A stretch of DNA of 17,524 bases, taken from Leptospirales bacterium (GTDB lineage Bacteria > Spirochaetota > Leptospiria > Turneriellales > JAOUFE01). Position numbers and translations under genes: made by a program. The stretch is from the NCBI GenBank assembly GCA_040326155.1, contig JBEQLE010000067.1, positions 6,737 through 24,260 on the forward strand, read 5' to 3'. Of this stretch, positions 10,137 to 17,372 are shown piece by piece. The notes under the pieces were generated by a model that was not told where the DNA came from, made no database searches, and saw nothing but the letters and a program-made list of their open reading frames with translations. The stretch's first letter is position 1. The number at the start of each line of letters is the position of its first letter.

Positions 10137-10295
10137 ATGCGTGAAATTATTAAATTAGAGTCTACTGCTGGTACAGGTTATTTTTACACAACAACCAAAA
10201 ATAAGAGGGCTCATACAGAAAAGATGGAAGTACGTAAATACGACCCTAAAGTTCGTAAGCACGTAAAGTTCGTCGAAAAAAAGATCAGCAAATAA
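10137..10295 (+). CDS. rpmG: 50S ribosomal protein L33 (Zn-free, C- type)
   Basis: Manual translation [52 protein letters not shown] (52 aa) carries the L33 signature YTTTKN...KYDP...H. It is shorter than any ORF in the track. Confidence 0.97.
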   Translation: MREIIKLESTAGTGYFYTTTKNKRAHTEKMEVRKYDPKVRKHVKFVEKKISK

Positions 10296-10299
10296 GTTG

Positions 10300-10353
10300 A
10301 ATTTCCCGTTTTTTCATGAAAATAGTCTATTTTTTTGAAAAAAACGGGAAATT
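10300..10353. terminator. Inverted repeat between convergent rpmG and thiD, probable bidirectional terminator
   Basis: AATTTCCCGTTTTTT...AAAAAACGGGAAATT arms with an inner AAAATAG/CTATTTT pairing. Confidence 0.65.
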
Positions 10354-10375
10354 TAGTTACAATTCTCTCTATTTT

Positions 10376-11191
10376 CTACTTTTTTTGAAATTCAGTGTTT
10401 AATACGTATATAGAACCATGTTTATAAGCATGTTCAATCGCCGCTTTTACGTAGTTAGAAGCGTATTCAAAAGCATCTTCAATTGGAAAGTTTTGGGCAA
10501 GTCGAGACGTTAACGCCGATGCGAAGCAACAACCGGTGCCGTGCAACCCCATTTTATCAAATTTATTAGAGTTATACTGAAAAAAGGCGTTTTTCTTTGC
10601 AAGAATATTTGTAATTTTTTTTTCTTGCAGGTGTCCTCCCTTGATAATAACGCTGTTTACCCCTTTCGATAAAATAATTTTCGCCGCTTTTTTCATTGAA
10701 TTTACATCTTTTATAGTGGTTTCGGACAAGATTTCCGCTTCGGGTATATTAGGCGTAATACATTGAAGGTGGGGTAGAAATTTTTCCAGTAAGGTTTGCC
10801 CCTCTTTATTCAGCAAAATAGCTCCAGAACTAGAGCGAAGTAGAGGGTCGAGTACAATATTACGAACTTTGTTTTTTACCAGACATTTAAAAATAACACT
10901 GGCTATTTTCTCGTTCCCGAGCATTCCAATTTTAACTGCTCGCGGCGGGCAAGATTCGAGTGTACTTTCGAGTTGTTTTTCGATAATATCCAGGTTCGGG
11001 AAATAAACTGCTTGAACTTCCTGTTGGGTTTGCACTGTGAGCGCCGTAACCACACTCATAGGATAAACGTGGTTTGCCGCCATTGTTTTAATATCCATTC
11101 CAATACCGGCGCCGCCGCTGTTGTCTGAACCGCCAATGGCTAAAACGGGAATAAATTCATGACTACCTTCGGGGGTATGGAGCGGTATCAT
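10376..11191 (-). CDS. thiD: Hydroxymethylpyrimidine/phosphomethylpyrimidine kinase
   Basis: GGSDNSGGAGIGMDIKT, VKIGML, VLDP, TPNIPEAE, KGGH and HGTGC ribokinase-family/ThiD motifs. 4-nt ATGA overlap with the upstream gene. Confidence 0.92.
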   Translation of the reverse strand: MIPLHTPEGSHEFIPVLAIGGSDNSGGAGIGMDIKTMAANHVYPMSVVTALTVQTQQEVQAVYFPNLDIIEKQLESTLESCPPRAVKIGMLGNEKIASVIFKCLVKNKVRNIVLDPLLRSSSGAILLNKEGQTLLEKFLPHLQCITPNIPEAEILSETTIKDVNSMKKAAKIILSKGVNSVIIKGGHLQEKKITNILAKKNAFFQYNSNKFDKMGLHGTGCCFASALTSRLAQNFPIEDAFEYASNYVKAAIEHAYKHGSIYVLNTEFQKK

Positions 11192-11934
11192 TTTTCGAGC
11201 AATTTAATAATAATAGAGTTTGCGCTGAAATCTTTTTCATTAATATTCATAATGGAGAGGGAGTCAAGTACTGCGTCATAAAGCTTTTTTTGTAACATTT
11301 TTTTTCGTTTATATAAAGGCACGAACGAGATACCGGTTTGGCCGATTATTTTCAGTTTTTCAAGAGTTTTAAACGATGAAAAGTAAGAGCGCATTTTCTC
11401 TTCATGTTTCAACAGATCGCCTTCTTCGGGCAAATCGCCAACTATTTTAACAACCCGAAGCGGCAAGTCTTGCTTTTGTTTTTTCAATATTTCGAGTAAA
11501 TTCCAGGCTTCCATATCGACAAGCTGACATTTAGAATTATGGTAAATATCTTCTTTTTCATCCAGGGTGTTTGCAATAGTAGGGGAGGTACAAAGAGAGT
11601 ATGTCTTTTGGGAGTTTTTTCCATGAACTTTCAGTGAAAACTTTTTTCTTTTTTTGTAATGCTTTACGCTTGAGATTGGACAAATATCGCCAACTTTGAA
11701 GCCCGCTTGCAGAGAACCCGCAAACCCAGTGTTGATGAAAGCTTGAAAGGGATGTTGTGTAAGCCACTTGTTGAATTTTGCTTTACGGTGAAACCCTGGT
11801 CGAGTTAAAAACAGGGAGACAGGAACATGTCCAATAACTCCGTTAAATTGTGAAACTCCGTCTATTTTTTCATTTTTGAGAATACGTATGAGTTCAAATG
11901 CCTCATCAAATAATGCGCAAGTTATAGCAACCAT
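11188..11934 (-). CDS. Nucleoside phosphorylase/MTA-SAH nucleosidase-like (PNP_UDP superfamily) protein, divergent
   Basis: INTGFAGSL..GFKVGDI, VDMEA and KIVGD motifs. Overlaps both neighbours. Confidence 0.7.
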   Translation of the reverse strand: MVAITCALFDEAFELIRILKNEKIDGVSQFNGVIGHVPVSLFLTRPGFHRKAKFNKWLTQHPFQAFINTGFAGSLQAGFKVGDICPISSVKHYKKRKKFSLKVHGKNSQKTYSLCTSPTIANTLDEKEDIYHNSKCQLVDMEAWNLLEILKKQKQDLPLRVVKIVGDLPEEGDLLKHEEKMRSYFSSFKTLEKLKIIGQTGISFVPLYKRKKMLQKKLYDAVLDSLSIMNINEKDFSANSIIIKLLEK

Positions 11935-12608
11935 GATTCCACTTCCTGTATAATTCGATATCCGAGTCTCTCTTTTGTTTCAACACTCCACTGTGTGTGC
12001 GTTTTATCAGCTCTAATGACAGTGAGTTCGTTTGTATCTACCCCAAAACCAGATTCCGGTTTACTTAAGTCGTTCAGGAAGATTAAGTCAAGTTTTTTTC
12101 GAATGAGTTTGGACAAGGCGTAGTCATAGGCATTTAACATTTCGGCGGCAAAGCCGATTAAAGTGGTTCGGTTTATTTTATTACTTTCTATGTATTCTTG
12201 AATACTCAGTAAGATATCCGGATTTTGTACCAGTTTTATTTCGGGGTTTTCCTTCTTTTTAAGTTTATGTTCAAACTTTTTTTCGGGCCGGTAATCTGCG
12301 GGAGCGGCGGTCATAATCAGTATAGAATCATCTTTCATCTCTTCTTTTACTGCGTTCAACATGTCGATGGTGGATATAACAGGAACACTTCTTGCCCCAT
12401 CCATTGCCTGGTATTTCATGGGGACCGGACCGTGAATATAAATAACTTCATAGCCCATATTTACACCAGCGCGAGCTACGTGGTAGCCCATACGACCGGT
12501 AGACGGGTTTGATAAAAACCGAATGGAGTCGATAAACTCTCTGGTGGGGCCGGAGGTAACGATTAATTTATGGGTAGAACGAATTTTTTCTCTGGTTAGA
12601 ATACTCAT
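11922..12608 (-). CDS. coaB: Phosphopantothenate--cysteine ligase (standalone CoaB domain)
   Basis: VTSGPTREFIDSIRFLSNPSTGRMG, AAPADYRP, NPDIL, GFAAE, K..RKKLDLIFLND and GFGVDTN. No N-terminal CoaC flavoprotein domain. Confidence 0.9.
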   Translation of the reverse strand: MSILTREKIRSTHKLIVTSGPTREFIDSIRFLSNPSTGRMGYHVARAGVNMGYEVIYIHGPVPMKYQAMDGARSVPVISTIDMLNAVKEEMKDDSILIMTAAPADYRPEKKFEHKLKKKENPEIKLVQNPDILLSIQEYIESNKINRTTLIGFAAEMLNAYDYALSKLIRKKLDLIFLNDLSKPESGFGVDTNELTVIRADKTHTQWSVETKERLGYRIIQEVESWLL

Positions 12609-12616
12609 AAAACATT

Positions 12617-14761
12617 TTATTTCAGCTTATCGCGAAGTAAATTAAAAAAGCCAGATTTGCTGGTGGCCAGTGCGGTCAAATTTTCAAGGTCTTCGCTTTT
12701 TCCAACGACTGTAATGGTATCCCCTTTTTTGAATTTGTAGATAATATCTGGCATAATATAACTGATCTCTTCTTCTTTTTTAATACCAACAACGGTAAGG
12801 TTGTATTTTACACGCAGGTCCAGCTCTTTTAACGTTTTGTTTATCCAGGGACGCGGTACCTGAAGGGTTTCAATCTTGAATTCGTCGCCAATTTGCAGGT
12901 AATTATTCATGCTCGACTGTCCATCCTGGTCGAGAAGAATATTCTGGGTTCCCCTCTTAATTACAGAGCGGTTGTATACCGACACAATGTCTTTTCTTGT
13001 GACATAGGCTACGGGTTTTCGGTCCGTTGTATTCGATATAACCGGAAGAAAGACAAGGTCGGTTTTATCCATAATCTCCAGCGCCCGCATTAAATTGTCA
13101 TCGGGAGTGACCCAGATATTTTTTTCGTGGGCTACCTCAGAGGCAAGCAGGAGGTCGCAAAGGGACTCGTTTTTAATGAATCTTTTTACCTGTTCAAGTG
13201 TAATTACACCTAAAAACATTTCGTCTTTGTTGACAACAAAGCCGGCAGTAAAGTGAGAGTGGAAAAACCCGTTTATAATAGTGCTTAACGTAACATTCTG
13301 ATCAATCATGTTTATACGGCTATGCGCCACTTCTTTTACCAGAATGGTCTCCATAACACTTTGTTCCATCCCCTGGTAGAGGCGGATTCCCTGTTTTTCC
13401 ATACTGACACTATATAAGGAACCATTTATAAAATGTCTGGTTAAGAGCGTCGAAATGGTAACGACGATTAGAACGGGTAAGATAACTTCGTAGCTTTGAG
13501 TCAGCTCAAAAAAGAGCATAACGGAAAATATGGGGGCCTGCGTCATCGGCGCCAGAACGGAGCTCATACCAACGAGTACCCAGGTGGAATGGGGTATATC
13601 AATCTCGGGAAAAAGCTGCCCGGCAACTGTTGCTAAAATAGCCCCCAGATTTGTCCCAATGAACAAAGCCGGGACAATCGTTCCTCCGGAGCCTCCCGAA
13701 CCCAGAGTGGCTGTTGTTGCTATAATTTTTACAACCAGCATAACAATAAGGGTAAGCGCGAGCGATGAACCTATAATTCCCGGTACATAGTAAACAAGGC
13801 TGTCAAATTGACCGGTCAGCAACAGGTTCATAATATTGTAACCTTCGCTGTAAACCAGGGGAAAGAAAAAGGCAATACCGCCCATGAGTAAACCGCCGGC
13901 GGCGGGCATTAACCAGCGTGGTATCGGCAGTTTCTTGAACAGATCTTCAGAGAGGTGTAGAGATCGAATAAAAACAATGGTAACAAACCCGCCCAGAATT
14001 CCCGCTGCTACAAAAAATATCATGTTGATGGGATTTTCAAAAACATGGGTTACAATATGCAGCTGGTGGGTGTGATGCTGAAAAACCTGAGAAACGGCTG
14101 TTGCTGTAACGGCGGCAACAATAATCATGGAAAATGTATCGAGTGCAAAGCTGGCAAGCAATATTTCGAGAGCGAAAAAAGAACCCGCGATGGGGGCTTG
14201 AAAGGCTGCTGCAATGGCTGCGGCGACCCCGGCTGCGGCCAGGGTTTTTATATAGGAGTCGGGAAATCGCAGGGTTTTTCCCAGCCAGGCTCCGGCGCCC
14301 CCGCCAAGGTGGACTACAGGGCCTTCTTTACCGGCAGAACCACCTGTTCCCAGGGTAATAATAGAGGTAACAAAACGCAGTATAATATCATACAAACTGA
14401 TGGGTTTTCGCTTTAAACGAATGAGCTTAATGGTCTCTTCTACCCCTCCGCCCTGGCCGTCTTTGTTTCGCAGATAAACCAGAAGACCAACAGCAAGACC
14501 TCCGAGCATGGGCATTAAGAACAGGAGGTCACGATATTCGGATTCTTGAATCGTTTTATTTTTGTAAGTAAGATGAGAAAGAAGCTCAATTCCACTGGTA
14601 AGTAAAATGGCCAGCCCTGCAACAATTAAACCAACAATGGCAGATAAAAATAAAAGTAGAACCCGTTTGTTGAGGCCAAAACGATCACGAATAAATCGAA
14701 AGAATCTGATTAACCTATCAGAGTCAAAAAGATCTTTTACATCCGGGTATTTATCCGGCAT
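12617..14761 (-). CDS. CLC-family chloride channel/transporter with CBS pair and C-terminal TrkA-C (RCK_C) domain
   Basis: GGSAGKEGP, FQAPIAG, GGSGG and QAP motifs with many TM helices. Two CBS-like segments follow, then KTLKELDLRVKYNLTVVGIK...GDTITVVG. Confidence 0.93.
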   Translation of the reverse strand: MPDKYPDVKDLFDSDRLIRFFRFIRDRFGLNKRVLLLFLSAIVGLIVAGLAILLTSGIELLSHLTYKNKTIQESEYRDLLFLMPMLGGLAVGLLVYLRNKDGQGGGVEETIKLIRLKRKPISLYDIILRFVTSIITLGTGGSAGKEGPVVHLGGGAGAWLGKTLRFPDSYIKTLAAAGVAAAIAAAFQAPIAGSFFALEILLASFALDTFSMIIVAAVTATAVSQVFQHHTHQLHIVTHVFENPINMIFFVAAGILGGFVTIVFIRSLHLSEDLFKKLPIPRWLMPAAGGLLMGGIAFFFPLVYSEGYNIMNLLLTGQFDSLVYYVPGIIGSSLALTLIVMLVVKIIATTATLGSGGSGGTIVPALFIGTNLGAILATVAGQLFPEIDIPHSTWVLVGMSSVLAPMTQAPIFSVMLFFELTQSYEVILPVLIVVTISTLLTRHFINGSLYSVSMEKQGIRLYQGMEQSVMETILVKEVAHSRINMIDQNVTLSTIINGFFHSHFTAGFVVNKDEMFLGVITLEQVKRFIKNESLCDLLLASEVAHEKNIWVTPDDNLMRALEIMDKTDLVFLPVISNTTDRKPVAYVTRKDIVSVYNRSVIKRGTQNILLDQDGQSSMNNYLQIGDEFKIETLQVPRPWINKTLKELDLRVKYNLTVVGIKKEEEISYIMPDIIYKFKKGDTITVVGKSEDLENLTALATSKSGFFNLLRDKLK

Positions 14762-14790
14762 AGTGTAAAGTTATGAAGCCACACTGAGCG

Positions 14791-15144
14791 TCATATGATT
14801 TTTTTAATGTCTTCCGGGGGACGTCCTAAAACAGCCCGCTGCCCTTTTACCACTATGGGGCGCTCTATTAAGATCGGGTGTTTGTTCAGATGTTCGAGTA
14901 ATACATCGTCAGGCAGATCTTTATTTTTTAGACCGAGATCTTTATATAAAGGTTCTGACTTTCGAAAAATATCGCGAGGCCGTTTCCCCATTTTTCGGAG
15001 AATTTCTGCAAGTTCACTTGTACTTGGCGGCTCTTCCAGGTAATATCGCACATCGGGTTCAATACCCCGGTCTCGAATTATCTGAAGAGCTTCCCGACTC
15101 TTGCGGCATCTTGGGTTGTAGTATATGGTCACTTTAGAATGCAT
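14791..15144 (-). CDS. arsC: Arsenate reductase (glutaredoxin-type ArsC/Spx family)
   Basis: TIYYNPRCRKSR active-site motif, LIERPIVV and LGRPPE. Confidence 0.88.
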   Translation of the reverse strand: MHSKVTIYYNPRCRKSREALQIIRDRGIEPDVRYYLEEPPSTSELAEILRKMGKRPRDIFRKSEPLYKDLGLKNKDLPDDVLLEHLNKHPILIERPIVVKGQRAVLGRPPEDIKKII

Positions 15145-15184
15145 AGACGTATCTAAAAAACCTCTTGTTTAGAAGGATAAGGAT

Positions 15185-15212
15185 ATAATACAGAATTGAG
15201 ATACTTTGTCAA
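15185..15212 (-). promoter_or_regulatory. Putative sigma70 promoter for the arsC-clc-coaB operon
   Basis: Minus strand reads TTGACA (15207-15212)-N16-TATTAT (15185-15190). Confidence 0.55.
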
Positions 15213-15485
15213 GGAAAATCCGTTAAGTAGCCCAACAAAAGGAAAAAGCAGGTACTTCACCCAATACGATACTCTACTAGTGTCATAGATGTGTAACCAC
15301 TTTAAGCAATAATCGAACGAAGCAACGTGATAGATCACGTCCTCAGACGTAAGCTGATGCCCGACCCCCCACACCAGTTCAAAATAAAACGCGAAGCCAG
15401 AAATCTCTTATTACAGAACCAATACCGGGATGCTCAACAATACCTAAACACAAGGAAAACCCACGGTGAATCTTACGAGCCAGGA

Positions 15486-15562
15486 GGGCGAGCTAACCCG
15501 AGCGCCATCACCCAGGGAGGGGTGATGCCCGCTCGGGCGCGAGCACATAAAATCTGTTAAAT
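15486..15562 (+). repeat. Right arm of an attC-like site (side hairpin, L', R' core GTTAAAT)
   Basis: Hairpin CCCGAGCG-C-CATCACCC/GGGTGATG-CC-CGCTCGGG (15497-15537), then CACATAA (L', 15544-15550), a 5-nt spacer and GTTAAAT (15556-15562), which fits GTTRRRY. Confidence 0.6.
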
Positions 15563-15592
15563 GAAATTGCGCTTGTTTTTTTCTCATCTAAT

Positions 15593-17362
15593 GTGAATAT
15601 GGAAAGTATGAGTCCATTGAGCCTTTTCAGAAAGAATATTACCATTAATCAAATTGAAAATAAACCTGAAGGCATCCGAGAATTAATGAGTGCCGGACAA
15701 CAGTTTATTGAAAAAGATCTCCACTTCGAAGCTGGTTATGCCTATAAAACTGCAATGGATGGTTCTTGGGGATTAGACAGAGACCTATTAGTGGAAAATG
15801 CTTCGTTAGCTGTTGATAATTTTTCATTATATATAAGATCCCAACAAAACATTGATGCGAAATACTTATTAACTTTATACTGCTTAATCTCTACTTTCAA
15901 CACAATGAGTCAATTGTTTCGTAATCCATCTATCGACTTGCAGCTATCTTTATTGTATGAAGACTTGGCTAATAAATTAGCCAATAAAGAAAATAATTTC
16001 AAAGACAATTATTGCCTTGTTTATGGAATCTCGGTTAAATTTAACTTAGATGATCAATGTGATATAGTATATGACCGCGTTAACTATTCTGCTGGCAAAA
16101 CCAATTGGGCGCTCGATGGTAGCTTTATTCAAACCGATATACCATCCGCATTTTCTATATTGAAATCAATACCAGACTATGAAGGCACGACCCAAATAAT
16201 TGATGAGCACCCAGGAGCCTTTGATAATAATGATTTAATAGGTTGGAAAAATGTTATATTAGCACACAACAATCCAGAAAAAGCAGATGAATATTTCAAA
16301 AATGCATACGAATTATTTGAAAATGACAACCCTCAACTTTTTGAAATTGAAAAAGAGAAAGGTATTAGGAATAATTATTCAGGTGATAACCATCTACTTT
16401 ATTCAAGATATTTTAAATCAAGGTATTACTTGTCTAGAGCGTTACTAGGTAAAGGTGAGTTTTCTGAAAATATTATCAGTGCCATTGAACCGATAAAAGA
16501 CTATAGGTCTGGATTTGTCTCTAGTCAGTATTTAAAGTATAGAGCTATACTGTTAACATTTGCGAATTTTATCGATACCTCAATTGGGTTTGAACCAGTT
16601 ACCGGCATTGAAGAATTTAGATTAGCATGCAAGTTATCAAGCAATAAAGATGAAGATTATCTTGTATTAAATATTTTGAACTCACTAAGTGAGTATTTTA
16701 AAAATTTAGAAACTTCTCCCGAAAGAACTGTAATCACATCCGATCTAACCAGAATTTTAGATTTATTAGATTCAATTTCATATGTAGATTCTCAAATATT
16801 ATCTAATTTTCAGCCATATATCGGCCAACATGTCATTAAGGTTATAACAGGTGGTACGAATTGGATATATCGAACAATAGATAAAATAAATGATGAAGCC
16901 ATTCTCCGTAAAGTATTGCTTCGTTTATTTCAATACAAATACCCAAAATATGCCCAAATAGTTCATGGCCCAATGGAACATGGTAAAGACATATTAGTTG
17001 TGCTTGAAGAACAAGGTATCAACACTCTTTTATCTTATCAAGTTAAGATCGGTGATATTAAAACAAGTGCCTGGCGAGATATTAAACCTCAGCTGGAGGA
17101 AGTTTTTGAAGTTGAACCACCCGCAATTATAACAGATGATACGGTTATTCATGATAAGATTGGAATTCTCATTTTTAATGGTCATCCGAATACTGCGGCT
17201 GAAGAAAAAATGTCAGGCTGGAAACATGAAAGGTTTGAAAAACTAGGCAATAAATATGAATTTATGCATTTGGATTCGATAGTTCAATTTATTGTGCAAA
17301 ACAAATTGTATAGTGAATTACGAAAAACTTTACAAGAATTTCAAATCGACTTAATTCAATAA
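15593..17362 (+). CDS. Helical-repeat protein with C-terminal Mrr-like/PD-(D/E)xK restriction endonuclease-fold domain, putative defence protein
   Basis: 589-aa ORF (alternative starts ATG 15599/15608). The C-terminus has HGPMEHGKDILVV...LSYQVKIGDI (E-x-G-x-D...Q-x-K). The N-terminal ~420 aa look alpha-helical/TPR-like (EAGYAYKTA, KADEYFKNAYELF). Visibly more AT-rich than the flanking genes. Confidence 0.8.
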   Translation: MNMESMSPLSLFRKNITINQIENKPEGIRELMSAGQQFIEKDLHFEAGYAYKTAMDGSWGLDRDLLVENASLAVDNFSLYIRSQQNIDAKYLLTLYCLISTFNTMSQLFRNPSIDLQLSLLYEDLANKLANKENNFKDNYCLVYGISVKFNLDDQCDIVYDRVNYSAGKTNWALDGSFIQTDIPSAFSILKSIPDYEGTTQIIDEHPGAFDNNDLIGWKNVILAHNNPEKADEYFKNAYELFENDNPQLFEIEKEKGIRNNYSGDNHLLYSRYFKSRYYLSRALLGKGEFSENIISAIEPIKDYRSGFVSSQYLKYRAILLTFANFIDTSIGFEPVTGIEEFRLACKLSSNKDEDYLVLNILNSLSEYFKNLETSPERTVITSDLTRILDLLDSISYVDSQILSNFQPYIGQHVIKVITGGTNWIYRTIDKINDEAILRKVLLRLFQYKYPKYAQIVHGPMEHGKDILVVLEEQGINTLLSYQVKIGDIKTSAWRDIKPQLEEVFEVEPPAIITDDTVIHDKIGILIFNGHPNTAAEEKMSGWKHERFEKLGNKYEFMHLDSIVQFIVQNKLYSELRKTLQEFQIDLIQ

Positions 17363-17372
17363 GTACTTAGAA

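Noticed and set aside
1365..15043. Numerous short ORFs antisense to or out of frame within the long genes (e.g. 1365-1553, 3474-3722, 6022-6375, 7235-7612, 14045-14416, 14795-15043)
   Set aside because: Shadow ORFs fully overlapping well-supported genes, with no motifs.
15340..15380. Group II intron 3'-end remnant, tRNA, tmRNA or 6S RNA (minus strand TGGTGTGGGGGGTCGGG)
   Set aside because: Only superficial similarity. There is no domain V stem with the AGC/CGC triad, no cloverleaf or T-loop, and no tag reading frame.
15153..15560. ORFs 15153-15374 (-) and 15327-15560 (+)
   Set aside because: GTG starts and no motifs. They overlap the arsC promoter and the attC-like hairpin respectively.
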